DNA from: Bacteroidia bacterium
GTDB taxonomy: Bacteria; Bacteroidota; Bacteroidia; J057
Direction of reading: 5' to 3'
Assembly: GCA_045106675.1 (NCBI GenBank)
Contig: JBGCFA010000014.1
Span: 1 to 64,000, forward strand
DNA: 64,000 nt
The notes beneath the pieces were generated by a model. It was not told the origin of the DNA and made no database searches. It saw only the letters and a list, made by a program, of their open reading frames with translations. Shown here in pieces: positions 46,939 to 57,098 of the stretch. The position numbers and the translations under genes were made by a program. The stretch's first letter is position 1, and each line of letters begins with the position of its first letter.

Positions 46939-48333
46939 TTGTCAAAACATTTTTCCCAGCACCCTGTCGACCACCCTCGCTTATTTGCCAATAAATACAA
47001 ACTCTCTCGTCAGCTTTCATATGATGGCCAAGGTGATCTCTGGCTAGCTGAGAAGGATGGGCTAGCTTATTGGATCTATTATATACCTTTAACTACTGTC
47101 CAGGCGATACAACTTTGGGAGAAGTGGGAGCTTAAACTGGAAGACTTAAAGGCAAAAATGATTACCAAAGCCTTAATCTTGCCAACTGAGAGTCAAAAAG
47201 AAGAAGATTTGGCAGTAGTTGTCTTCCCCGCTCCCAATGGAGAGAGTATTGGCAAGGAACAAAAGACTCTTTCTGAATTAGATTTGGCCTTACTCATGCT
47301 GGACATGAGCCAATCCCTAATTGATGCAGAAGACGGTCAAAGTCAAATGACTATTTCTCCGGCCTATATGTATCGGCGACAAGAAGGTGGTTTTTCTATA
47401 TTTGGATGGGGATTGAGGGCGCTAAATCAAACATTATCTGGTGAGCAAAGCGTTGAAGCACCAGCCTATTTAGCACCTGAATGTTTTGACCCTGCACAAG
47501 ATGTCGGTTCAGAAGCATCCATTTTTTCATTAGGCGTGAGTCTTTTTGAACTAGCAGCTGCTAAGCTGCCGTTTGGGATAAAGGGGGGAGCTCGCTTAGC
47601 TCAAGTCAATGTGCCGCTCCCAGAATTGCCTCAGTATTCAGAACGGTTTAATCATATTTTACAACTTATGTTGGCTCGAAAAGCCGACCGTAGGCCAAGT
47701 GCTGATACCGTATTTCGGCTGGCAAGTACTTTTATCAAAGAGCAGCAATGGAAGTCTGTAGGAGGTTTGTCTTTTGCACCTAGCCTTTCAGGAACGCCTC
47801 TTTCTACCCAAGTGGATGCTCCTAAGCAGCTTCCAAAAGTGGAAAAGCTCGTACAGAAAGAAAAAGTTAAGCGTTCTCCGAAGGAGGAAACTAAAACTGA
47901 GCCTAAGTCTGAGAAACCTAAGTCTGAGAAAAAGAATAAGCTATGGCTCGCCTTTATTCCAGTATTGGCGGGTATCGGGTTAGTCGCTTGGTTTTTGATG
48001 GGCCCAGATACAGTAGAGACATCAAAAGGCGACGATACAGGAACTCTGACTCTACAGTATTCAGATGAATTGAGGCATCTCGTAAAATCGAAATCGCACT
48101 TTGCAGAACTAATTGAAGCGATGGAAAGGAATCCTAATTTGCCTCCTACTGAAAAAACTTTTTTGCGACTGGCTCAGATGCAGCTGAAAAACTTAGAGAT
48201 GGAAATGCAGGAGTACTTATTGATGCGAGATGATAGTAGCCTGGCTTGGAAAGAGAAAACCGCCTACAATTGGTTGCAAAGCACCCAATCACAATTAAAT
48301 CGAAACATCCAGAATTTGGAGCTAATGCGTTAG
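46939..48333 (+). CDS. Paralogous membrane-anchored kinase-like protein that is more degenerate (no beta3 Lys and no HRD).
   Basis: 464 aa. It starts 5 nt after the previous gene. Shared blocks with its neighbour are DLWLAEKDG, APECF, S.F..G..LFE.A.A.LPFG and RPSADTVFRLAS..IKEQQWKSVGGLSFAPS. The TM helix is LWLAFIPVLAGIGLVAWFLM, and the C-terminal tail is helical. Confidence 0.6.
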   Translation: MSKHFSQHPVDHPRLFANKYKLSRQLSYDGQGDLWLAEKDGLAYWIYYIPLTTVQAIQLWEKWELKLEDLKAKMITKALILPTESQKEEDLAVVVFPAPNGESIGKEQKTLSELDLALLMLDMSQSLIDAEDGQSQMTISPAYMYRRQEGGFSIFGWGLRALNQTLSGEQSVEAPAYLAPECFDPAQDVGSEASIFSLGVSLFELAAAKLPFGIKGGARLAQVNVPLPELPQYSERFNHILQLMLARKADRRPSADTVFRLASTFIKEQQWKSVGGLSFAPSLSGTPLSTQVDAPKQLPKVEKLVQKEKVKRSPKEETKTEPKSEKPKSEKKNKLWLAFIPVLAGIGLVAWFLMGPDTVETSKGDDTGTLTLQYSDELRHLVKSKSHFAELIEAMERNPNLPPTEKTFLRLAQMQLKNLEMEMQEYLLMRDDSSLAWKEKTAYNWLQSTQSQLNRNIQNLELMR

Positions 48334-50612
48334 CTTAGACGGAATGGGATACTGAGGTTTTTGGCCAATGTAAAGTGAAAAGTAGAACCAATTTGATCTT
48401 TACTTTCTACCCAGATATTACCATGATGACGGTCCACAATCTTGCGACATATCGGTAGGCCAAGCCCACTGCCTTCATAATCTACTTTGCTGTGCAAACG
48501 CTTAAATAATAGAAATATCTGCTCATGATATTCTTTGGCGATACCGAGACCATTATCGGAGATACTAAATTGCCAATAATCACCATTGTCTTTGCCGCTA
48601 ATTACTATTTCGGGGCTAGTCTCATGCTTTCTAAACTTCAGTGAGTTGGAAATAAGGTTGAGAAAAACGCGATATAAGCCTGTTTCGTGTCCATTGATGG
48701 TCTCGGGCAAATCTAATACAATCAATACACCATTGTTCTCTTGCAGTACTTCCTCTAGATCTAATTTGATCCTTTTGAGTAAGCTTCCACATGAGATTTC
48801 TCGATATTCCATTGATTCATTGCTGACTCTCGAATATTGGAGTAAGTCTTGAACCAATTGATGCATATGCTTAGAAGCATCTAAAATCAGGTCTAGAAAT
48901 TCATTTGCTTCTTGATTGAGGTCTGTGCGATAACGAGATGCCAAGATTTGAGTAAACCCGATAATCGTACGTAGCGGTTCACGCAAGTCATGCGAAGCGA
49001 TGTAGGCAAATTTTTCTAATTCTGAATTGGATGAAATATATCGTTTAAGCTTTTGGTTGGCATCATCTAGTTCAGCAACTTTTATGTCCAATTCTATTTC
49101 AGCGGCTACTCGATCAGTGATATTTCGCGAATTGCCTTGAACAAAAATGAGGTCCCCTAATGGAGATTTTATTGGGACAAAAACGGATTCAATCCAGATG
49201 GTTTTACCTGCTTTAGTGATGACCCGATAGCGAATTTCAGATTTGTTAGGAATATTTGGTTTTAGGATTTCGGCCACTAAAGCTCGATCATCTGGATGCA
49301 CCAACTGAATCCAAGGTTTTTCCTCTAATTCGATTGCCTCATAGCCCAAGAGGTTGATCACACTAGGTGAGAGGAAACTAATGGTAGCCTGTTCATTAAT
49401 TTTGAATAAACTAATGAGGTCTATGGTGTTTTGGGCGATCAGTCGATACCGCTCTTCGCTTTGCTGTAGCCTTTCGGTTGCAATCTTTTCTTCAGAAATA
49501 TCAACTACTGTCCCTAAGAGTTCAACGATTTCTCCTGATTGATTGGGTAGGGCCGAAACGGTTACATTTACCCATATGATTTTTCCATCCTTGCGGATAT
49601 ACCGCTTGGTCATGGTATAAGAAGAAGTTTCCTGATTGATGACCTTTTGTCTCAAAGCATGATTGGGAACTATATCATCAGGATGGGTCAATTCTCTAAA
49701 AGCTAACTGCTTAAGCTCTTCCAATGTGTACCCAATAATGCGTTCAAAAGCGGGGTTGGCATTGATTACCTGACCGTGTATATCAACTACGTTTATCCCT
49801 ACTAGGGTATTATTATAATAGGATTCAAATTGTTTTCTATGCTGAATGAGTTCTTCACTAATCCTTTTTTCTTCGGTAATATCCTGTATTGTGGCCAATA
49901 AATAAGGACCTTGTTCTTCTTCTAGAACACGGACCCATAATTTAGCCCACATACTTCCTCCTCCTTTTTTTACATATCTCTTTTCAAATGAAATCCATCC
50001 GTTTTCTCCGGAGAGCAATTTGGCGATAAGCTCTTTATTGGGAGGAGCATCATCTGGATGACTCAATTCATAAAAAGAACCTCCTGCTAATTCTTCGGGA
50101 TCATATTCAACCATCTTTGCGAAGGCATGGTTAACCTGGTATATTTTTCCATCCAATCCGCTGACAGACAATCCCAGAGCATTGTTATAAAACATTGCTT
50201 CAGGAATAGAGAACTCGGTGGAGTTTGGACCGATTAGTCGTTTTATAGCACTTTTTCTAGAAAGATAAGCTGCTGGATGTTCTGGAAGTTGAAGGACAAA
50301 AGTATCTCGTAACTCTGGATGCTGTGAAAATACGAAAGGGAGAATATGATACTCTTCCCCTGGAGCAGTGAGGGTGAATTGGATTGCTCCTTCAATTGCT
50401 TCCGCTTGATCTATAAGATCAGTTACTTTAGCTACTAAGGATGGATAGCGAATGTCTGAAATATGTTTGGGCTGTAATTCTTGATTCCAGTGAGATAATG
50501 TTTTTTCTGCTTTTTGAGAATGATATATGAAGTCTCCATTCTGGTTTAGGACAGATATTGGAGGCATTAAAGGAGTGAGCAGGTCTGACTGAATGTTGAC
50601 AGAAGTTTGCAT
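48330..50612 (-). CDS. Multi-PAS sensor histidine kinase (cytoplasmic; about four PAS/PAC modules, then HisKA and HATPase_c).
   Basis: 760 aa. The H-box is ASHDLREPLRTIIGF. The ATPase boxes are ISDNGLGIAKEY and GSGLGLPICRKIV. There are repeated PAS-type segments. Its stop overlaps the stop of the convergent pseudokinase gene (48330-48333). Confidence 0.88.
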   Translation of the reverse strand: MQTSVNIQSDLLTPLMPPISVLNQNGDFIYHSQKAEKTLSHWNQELQPKHISDIRYPSLVAKVTDLIDQAEAIEGAIQFTLTAPGEEYHILPFVFSQHPELRDTFVLQLPEHPAAYLSRKSAIKRLIGPNSTEFSIPEAMFYNNALGLSVSGLDGKIYQVNHAFAKMVEYDPEELAGGSFYELSHPDDAPPNKELIAKLLSGENGWISFEKRYVKKGGGSMWAKLWVRVLEEEQGPYLLATIQDITEEKRISEELIQHRKQFESYYNNTLVGINVVDIHGQVINANPAFERIIGYTLEELKQLAFRELTHPDDIVPNHALRQKVINQETSSYTMTKRYIRKDGKIIWVNVTVSALPNQSGEIVELLGTVVDISEEKIATERLQQSEERYRLIAQNTIDLISLFKINEQATISFLSPSVINLLGYEAIELEEKPWIQLVHPDDRALVAEILKPNIPNKSEIRYRVITKAGKTIWIESVFVPIKSPLGDLIFVQGNSRNITDRVAAEIELDIKVAELDDANQKLKRYISSNSELEKFAYIASHDLREPLRTIIGFTQILASRYRTDLNQEANEFLDLILDASKHMHQLVQDLLQYSRVSNESMEYREISCGSLLKRIKLDLEEVLQENNGVLIVLDLPETINGHETGLYRVFLNLISNSLKFRKHETSPEIVISGKDNGDYWQFSISDNGLGIAKEYHEQIFLLFKRLHSKVDYEGSGLGLPICRKIVDRHHGNIWVESKDQIGSTFHFTLAKNLSIPFRLS

Positions 50613-50936
50613 GACAGAAGCCTTGGAAATTAATCCATTTTGTAAGTGTAGGGGTTTATTTGCGGATAAAAAGCTAATATCAATCTAGCTTGTTTTGGTC
50701 AGATTTTGACGGCAAATATTACAGACTTCTAATTTGATTTATGAGAGGAGATCTACTTGTTTATTTAGCCTTTTTTTGTGAAAATCATGCTTTGAGGGCA
50801 CTTAGGTGGGGATATGCCATTTTTTCAAAAAGGATTTGAACGCAAAGTTCATATTTTTTGCGATTTCTTTCATCAATAGAGTGCCTTTTACTCGCTGTGC
50901 GAACGCTTAATTGAGTGTGCAAGAAATTGGCAATAT

Positions 50937-52274
50937 TTAGTAACCGAAAAATCCAAGTTCCTGTAATCCGCTTTGGACTTCTGGGCAAGACATAAAGAGT
51001 TCCCAAATTAAACCAGTACGATGGTTTTCTATCATTACAGGGATAGGGCCCTGATCTATCGCTAAATAGTGATTTGGAAACCAATTTTCCGTAACACTAA
51101 AAGCATCAATCGGACCATACTTAGCCCAAGCCATACCGTCTAATGAATCATGAAAAAATCGTAAGGCCTGCATACTATATTCAGGCGTATAAGGAAATGA
51201 TGCCAATGCCGCAGTAGGGCTAATGACGCCTAAGTCATTGCTTGGTTGGTGGGCGTTATAGCCTTTTGGGGAATAACTGGCTGTCAGGCCCCAGCAATTT
51301 TCTCCATAATGAGGATAGCCTTTCGGATTTTCTAGGCAGTATTGCCTATCTATTAGGACATGATTGACATTGTGTTGCCAATAATCCGCGTATCTGTCTT
51401 TGAGCTCGCGCGGATCAAGTCCTAAATAGGAATAGTGGGACCAAAATAGCGGCCCTCCATATTCTTCCGAATAATTGTGTTTGAGTCTAAGCGGAATGCC
51501 ATATTTTTCCCCATCTACTTTGATCGCGCCTGACTGTGCCCAACCTTTGTGATAGGCCGTGCTGTCTATGGCATGAGCAGGCGATGAAGCCGCCAGTACA
51601 TAGGTGATGAGGCATTCATTATAGCCCGTGAGAGCAAAGTTCATCTCCCAGCCAAAGTTAGGCGACCAATGCCAATACATGACTTCCTGACCATTTTGGT
51701 ACCAATCCCACTCGATTCCGCGCCAGAGAGCATCAATGTCGGCTGCCAACTTCTTTTCGGTATCATCGCCCTCTCTGAAATACTGCCTCACGCACAAAAG
51801 TCCTTGAGCCAAAAATGAGGTCTCCACAATATCTCCGCCATCATCTTTAGGGCTAAAAGCTTTGACTTTGCCAGTTCTTCCATCAATCCAATGCGGCCAA
51901 GCACCATGAAATCGATCACTAGCAGCCAGAAAGTCTACCATCTTACGCAATCTGATCACTGCTTCTGCTCTCGTAACAAATCCTCTCTCAATGCCTACCA
52001 AGATCGCCATCAGGCCAAATCCAGTTCCTCCGCTCGTTACGATATGTTGATCATTGCTGGGATAAACACCATCTAGGTGGATGCGTTCGGCCGCTAGGCC
52101 AGAATTAGGCTCAGCCCCATCCCAAAAGTATTGGAAGGTATTTTCTTGTACTAAGTCCAATAATTGCTCATCGCTGAGTGGGGGAGAGTCTTGAGTTTGT
52201 TCGCTAGCTTTAGGTTCTGGCTTGCAGCCGAACGCTAGAAACATGATCGTAGCAAATAGGTAGATTCGATGCAT
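50937..52274 (-). CDS. Lipoprotein with a six-hairpin glycosidase-like fold (DUF3131 / 'putative glucoamylase' / GH144-like family). The family assignment is tentative.
   Basis: 445 aa. MHRIYLFATIMFLAFGC has a lipobox. Trp-rich conserved blocks (YFWDGAEPNSGLA, GAWPHWIDGRTGK, YWHWSPNFGWEMNF) recall the alpha/alpha-toroid glycosidase families of Bacteroidota. I cannot confirm the family without a search. Confidence 0.4.
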   Translation of the reverse strand: MHRIYLFATIMFLAFGCKPEPKASEQTQDSPPLSDEQLLDLVQENTFQYFWDGAEPNSGLAAERIHLDGVYPSNDQHIVTSGGTGFGLMAILVGIERGFVTRAEAVIRLRKMVDFLAASDRFHGAWPHWIDGRTGKVKAFSPKDDGGDIVETSFLAQGLLCVRQYFREGDDTEKKLAADIDALWRGIEWDWYQNGQEVMYWHWSPNFGWEMNFALTGYNECLITYVLAASSPAHAIDSTAYHKGWAQSGAIKVDGEKYGIPLRLKHNYSEEYGGPLFWSHYSYLGLDPRELKDRYADYWQHNVNHVLIDRQYCLENPKGYPHYGENCWGLTASYSPKGYNAHQPSNDLGVISPTAALASFPYTPEYSMQALRFFHDSLDGMAWAKYGPIDAFSVTENWFPNHYLAIDQGPIPVMIENHRTGLIWELFMSCPEVQSGLQELGFFGY

Positions 52275-52308
52275 AAGGATGGATTTATGAGACGCTCAAG
52301 CAAGCTAA

Positions 52309-53463
52309 TCATTCTGCAAACTTCAACACATACTCCCCTTCAATCCAAGTACCCGCTGCAGTCAAGAAGGGGATGCTGATTCTACATTTTGGCCACTCTT
52401 CGATTACGGACGCGTCCGAACGCACAAACTCAAATTGATATTCGTTGTCTTTAGATTCTGCTTTCATCTCCATTTTGACCCCGTTTGATGGATAAACTTG
52501 CCAACGTCGATTGGGATATTCCCACTGTACAAAAGCGGTAAGGTCTTGAAAGGTCGGATTGTTGAGCCTAAGGGTAAACTGATAGCTACTGTCTGTCTTG
52601 ATGAGACTCTGTACCAGAACGGGATTTTCTGGAAATAAAAAGCGCTCAAGATGATAAAGTCGGTTGTCTTCTGGCTTGATCATAAAAGGCGGTAAAATGC
52701 TCCGCTTGCGGATAATACAAAAACTAAATTCATCATCTTTGACTGTGGCATGGAGGAAGTGATGAAAATTACCTGCCTCCTCTTGATATATCGCCGATCT
52801 ACCAGTGGCATTGGTCATGATGTAAGGGATGCCATCTCTGACCATAGACTCATAATGATGAAAATGTCCATAAAACACCGCCCGAACGTCATACTCTAAA
52901 AAGAGTGCGTGTAGCTCATCTTCCATTTTCATCGTATACATTGGGTGATGAAACATCACAAAACGATGTTGAGCGTTCTGCGCGGCAGCAAGATCCTTTT
53001 TTAACCACTCAATCTGCTCAGGACCAATGCTATACTCCTCCGGATCAATAGTGTTGAGAATGGTGAAGTGGGCGTTTTTATAATCATAGGAATAATACAA
53101 TTCCCTCTCCCAAGCCTCCATATAAGCCTTTTCCTTTAAGGTATCTCGTTTGTCGTCAGTCTCTACGTCATGATTGCCTGGAACAGGGAAATAGGGGATA
53201 TCATCTAGGGGGAGAAGTTGCCCTTTGAAGCGATTCCATTCTGCCTGCAACTCTCCATAATTATCTGTTCGACCGTGAATCAAATCACCCACTTGGATCA
53301 CAAATGAAGGATTGAGCATGGCGGCCTCTTCTACCATTTCATTGAACTCTGCTGGCGATTCCATTTGACTATCACCAAATATGATAAAAGAAAACTCGTT
53401 CTCCGGAGGAGTCTGAGCCCAAAGAGTGAGTGGCAAAAAGAATAGAAAGAGTAGCTTTTTCAT
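52309..53463 (-). CDS. Secreted calcineurin-like metallophosphoesterase.
   Basis: 384 aa with a signal peptide. The metallophosphatase motifs are GDSQ, GDLIHGRTD, GNHD and GHFHH. Confidence 0.8.
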   Translation of the reverse strand: MKKLLFLFFLPLTLWAQTPPENEFSFIIFGDSQMESPAEFNEMVEEAAMLNPSFVIQVGDLIHGRTDNYGELQAEWNRFKGQLLPLDDIPYFPVPGNHDVETDDKRDTLKEKAYMEAWERELYYSYDYKNAHFTILNTIDPEEYSIGPEQIEWLKKDLAAAQNAQHRFVMFHHPMYTMKMEDELHALFLEYDVRAVFYGHFHHYESMVRDGIPYIMTNATGRSAIYQEEAGNFHHFLHATVKDDEFSFCIIRKRSILPPFMIKPEDNRLYHLERFLFPENPVLVQSLIKTDSSYQFTLRLNNPTFQDLTAFVQWEYPNRRWQVYPSNGVKMEMKAESKDNEYQFEFVRSDASVIEEWPKCRISIPFLTAAGTWIEGEYVLKFAE

Positions 53464-53488
53464 ATCGGTAAAAGAAGTAGAATTATCC

Positions 53489-54673
53489 TTATTCCCCCTT
53501 GCAAATCTTGCTATTTAAAAAACGGGCGATCTCAGTTTCGCTAAAAGCTGCTGCTTGCAATATTGCTGTCGTATGCTCACCCAACCTTGGTGGCCGAGTG
53601 GAGGGGAGTTGCTGCGCAGAATGCCCATATTGAAGAGGAATACGCGGAAGTTTGGTTTGGGTGCCGTCCTTGAGTTCTACTGGGATCAAGGCTCCTGCAG
53701 CATTGAGGTGTGGGTCGTCAAATAGCTGCTCTGGCCTTGATATAGGTGCAAAGGGTACGCCTGCAGCTTCACACTTAGCGATGATTTCAGCCTTAGGCAT
53801 GGTGGCAAAGCGTTCGACTAAGGTCGGGATCAACCAATCATTTTGAGCGATACGCCCATTGTTTGTCTCTAAACGTGGATCATCGGCCCAGTCCAACCAA
53901 GCAAAAGCCGTACAGAATCTTTGCCAATGCTTATCACTGATGATGCCAACGAATACTTGTTCCTCGTCTAGCGTATCAAAAGGACGATAGACTGACCAAG
54001 GACTATTTTTGCCCGCCATCGGAGGGAGTTTGGTGTCCGGACCCAAAATAGAGGCATAAGCCATATGTTGGCCCATCAAAAAGACGCATGTCTCAAATAG
54101 CGATGCTTTGACAAACTTGCCTTTGCCGCTGCGCTCACGTTCATAAAGCGCTTGCAAGATGCCGATATAGCCAAACATACCGCCCGTAATATCAATGATC
54201 GAACTCCCCGCCCGATGCGGATCACCCTCTCTACCTGTCATATAAGCCAAGCCGCCCATCATTTGCACGACCTCGTCCATTGCAGGGCGCTTATCATAAG
54301 GCCCATCCAAAAATCCCTTGAGAGAGCAATAAATAAGACGTTCGTTGACAGCTGACATTTGCTCATAACTAAAGCCTAAACGATCAAATGTACCCGGCCC
54401 AAAATTCTCCACGATTACATCAGTCTCTTTGAGCAGCCGATAAATAATCGCTTTACCATCTTCTGTTTTAAGATCAATGGCGAGACTTTGTTTGCTGCGG
54501 CTATACATATCAAAAAAGCCTGAGCCAAAGCCTTTTAACTCCCGAGTATAATCGCCCGTAATTGGTTCAATATGAATTACTTCTGCTCCCATTTCAGCTA
54601 GCAATAAACCAGTGGTGGGACCCATTACGGCATGGGTGAATTCAAGAACTTTGATTCCTTCTAAGGGGGACAT
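53489..54673 (-). CDS. CoA-transferase family III (CaiB/BaiF) protein.
   Basis: 394 aa. The N-terminus is VLEFTHAVMGPTTGLLLAEMGAEVIHIEP, and the conserved Asp region matches family III CoA-transferases. Confidence 0.88.
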   Translation of the reverse strand: MSPLEGIKVLEFTHAVMGPTTGLLLAEMGAEVIHIEPITGDYTRELKGFGSGFFDMYSRSKQSLAIDLKTEDGKAIIYRLLKETDVIVENFGPGTFDRLGFSYEQMSAVNERLIYCSLKGFLDGPYDKRPAMDEVVQMMGGLAYMTGREGDPHRAGSSIIDITGGMFGYIGILQALYERERSGKGKFVKASLFETCVFLMGQHMAYASILGPDTKLPPMAGKNSPWSVYRPFDTLDEEQVFVGIISDKHWQRFCTAFAWLDWADDPRLETNNGRIAQNDWLIPTLVERFATMPKAEIIAKCEAAGVPFAPISRPEQLFDDPHLNAAGALIPVELKDGTQTKLPRIPLQYGHSAQQLPSTRPPRLGEHTTAILQAAAFSETEIARFLNSKICKGE

Positions 54674-54682
54674 GTAATAAGA

Positions 54683-57007
54683 TTAGATCGGCTTTTGTAA
54701 AATTTCCCAGACGAGGGCTTTGGTCATTTTTTTATCTCCGGCTAGTCGCCGAACGTCATCAAATGAAAAACGAAAATCACAACCCGCTTGCCAGCGATTA
54801 CAACCATAGGCAGTTTTGCCTTTTTTGACTTCACCCAAGCCACATTTAGGGCAGCGCAGCACATCTGGAATATTCGCGCCTGCCACTGGTTTGGGTTCAA
54901 AACGAAGATGATGCTCTCCGTCAAAGCGAACTTTACCTGTTAGCTTTTCCTTGCCTTCTCGAAAACCTTTTAACTCAGTGGTGGAGCCTTTTTGCAGTAA
55001 ACGAAGCAGTTGATTGTCAGAGATTTTTTTCTCCATGAAGGCAAAAGGTAGACGAAAACTACAGCCTTCTTTATAGCGATTGCAGCCATAGGCAGTTTTG
55101 CCTTTGAGGAGTTGACCTTTCTCGCATTTGGGGCAAGTTTGGCCTTGCACGCTCTTTTTAGGTTTAGTAGCCTTCTTTTTAGCTGGCTTAGCGTTCGCCG
55201 CAGGCTCGGTATAGGCACTGATGACGGGTCTATAAGCGGCTAAGCGAACCTCCGTAACCAATGAATCTACCATATGCTTCATCTCATTGATGAAAACTTT
55301 GGCGCTGTACTCACCTGATTCGATGTCCCGCAATTGCTTCTCCCATTTGCCCGTCAGCTCGGCAGATTTTAAGAGATCGTTTTGGATGGTGTCAATCAAA
55401 CTGATACCAGTTTCGGTAGGGAGAATCAGTTTTTTACGTCTGAGGATGTATTTACGTCTGAACAAAGTTTCAATGATACTGGCTCGCGTAGAAGGTCTGC
55501 CGATGCCATTGGCTTTCATGAGATCGCGTAGCTCTTCATCATCAACTTGCTTGCCTGCTGTCTCCATTGCTCGCAACAATGTCGCTTCAGAATAGGATTT
55601 GGGAGCTTGAGTCATTTTCTCAATCAGACTCGGTTTATGTGGCCCACTTTCGCCTACAGTGAAGGCCGGCAATATCTTGTCATCCTCTTTCTTGTCGTCT
55701 TCCTCCTCCCCTTTGTTGCTTTTTTTCTTGGGATAAAGTACTCGCCAACCGGGTTCGAGGATTTCTTTGCCCTTAGCGGTGAAGATTACCTCATTGGCTT
55801 CGCCTTTGACTAAGGTGTTGGCTACCAGGCAGTCTGGGTAAAAAGCCGCGATGAATCTTCTCGTGATAGCATCATAAACCTGCTGTTCCTGTGGCCCGAG
55901 GGAGCGTTCCACGCCAGTGGGTATGATAGCATGGTGATCCGTAACCTTTTTGTCATTGAAGACTTTGGCTGACTTGCGAATTTTCTTCCCTAGAAGTGGC
56001 TGCGTAAAGGCTTGATATTGTTGCAAACGACTCAGGATACCCGAGACTTTGGGATAAATATCATTGGGCAAATAGGTAGTATCTACCCTTGGGTATGTAA
56101 CTACTTTTTGCTCGTAGAGCTTTTGAGTGATCTTGAGCGTTTGATCGGCAGAGTTGCCAAAGCGTTTGTTGCAGTGTACCTGTAGGCTCGTCAAATCAAA
56201 TAGTCTGGGAGGCCCTTCTTTGCCGTTTTTCTTATCCGCAGAAATAATGCCGAAAGGATGTCCATCTACTTGTGCGAGTAAGGCTTCGCCCTCCTCCTTT
56301 TCAGTAAATCGCCCCTTGGTGCAATTAAACGGTACTTCACGGTATAGCGTCTGGAGTTCCCAGAATGGTTCAGGCTTAAAATTAACAATCTCATAGTGGC
56401 GGTTGACCAGCATCGCTAGGGTAGGGGTCTGGACGCGGCCTACGGACAAGACTTGTTTGTAGCCTCCATACTTGAGGGTATAAAGCCTTGTGGCGTTCAT
56501 GCCGAGTAACCAATCACCAATCGCTCGTGAAAAACCCGCATAATAGAGATTGTCAAAATCCTTGCCGTCCTGCAAATTGTTAAAACCATCTTTGATGGCT
56601 TCCGCTGTCAAAGATGAAATCCAAAGTCGCTGAACTGGTCCTTTATATTTTGCCTCCTTGAGTACCCATCGCTGAATCAATTCCCCTTCTTGCCCGGCAT
56701 CCCCGCAATTGATCACCACTTCTGCTTGTTGAAAAAGGTTTTGCAGCACTCGAAACTGCTTCTGCACACCCGAATCATCTCGTAGTTTGATTTCAAAAAC
56801 TGGCGGGAGCATCGGAAGCGTATTCAAGTCCCATCTTTTCCAATGAGGTTGATAGTCATCTGGTGCTTTGAGGGAGCAAAAATGGCCAAAAGTCCAGCTC
56901 ACGCAGTAGCCATTGCCCTCAAAGTAGCCGTCTCGCTTGGTAGTTGCTCCAAGGATACTGGCTATTTCTCTCGCTACGCTCGGCTTTTCCGCTACACAGA
57001 CTTTCAT
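54683..57007 (-). CDS. topB: DNA topoisomerase III (type IA) with two C-terminal zinc-ribbon modules.
   Basis: 774 aa. The TOPRIM start is MKVCVAEKPSVAREIASILGA...CVSWTFGHF. There is a type IA core. Two C4 zinc-ribbon repeats are present (CPKCEKGQLLKGKTAYGCNRYKEGCSFR and CPKCGLGEVKKGKTAYGCNRWQAGCDFR). Confidence 0.85.
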   Translation of the reverse strand: MKVCVAEKPSVAREIASILGATTKRDGYFEGNGYCVSWTFGHFCSLKAPDDYQPHWKRWDLNTLPMLPPVFEIKLRDDSGVQKQFRVLQNLFQQAEVVINCGDAGQEGELIQRWVLKEAKYKGPVQRLWISSLTAEAIKDGFNNLQDGKDFDNLYYAGFSRAIGDWLLGMNATRLYTLKYGGYKQVLSVGRVQTPTLAMLVNRHYEIVNFKPEPFWELQTLYREVPFNCTKGRFTEKEEGEALLAQVDGHPFGIISADKKNGKEGPPRLFDLTSLQVHCNKRFGNSADQTLKITQKLYEQKVVTYPRVDTTYLPNDIYPKVSGILSRLQQYQAFTQPLLGKKIRKSAKVFNDKKVTDHHAIIPTGVERSLGPQEQQVYDAITRRFIAAFYPDCLVANTLVKGEANEVIFTAKGKEILEPGWRVLYPKKKSNKGEEEDDKKEDDKILPAFTVGESGPHKPSLIEKMTQAPKSYSEATLLRAMETAGKQVDDEELRDLMKANGIGRPSTRASIIETLFRRKYILRRKKLILPTETGISLIDTIQNDLLKSAELTGKWEKQLRDIESGEYSAKVFINEMKHMVDSLVTEVRLAAYRPVISAYTEPAANAKPAKKKATKPKKSVQGQTCPKCEKGQLLKGKTAYGCNRYKEGCSFRLPFAFMEKKISDNQLLRLLQKGSTTELKGFREGKEKLTGKVRFDGEHHLRFEPKPVAGANIPDVLRCPKCGLGEVKKGKTAYGCNRWQAGCDFRFSFDDVRRLAGDKKMTKALVWEILQKPI

Positions 57008-57098
57008 ACCAGCAATTTGCTAAAATGCTGCAAAAGATGCGAAAGGCTTTTTCCCCAACTATTTGTACTTTCGTATTTATTGAAAAACCCCCGAAATT

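Noticed and set aside
54970-55218. Antisense ORFs within topB rich in Lys/Ala (KAKLPMAAIA...)
   Set aside because: They are reverse-strand translations of the duplicated zinc-ribbon coding repeats of topB and are not independent genes.
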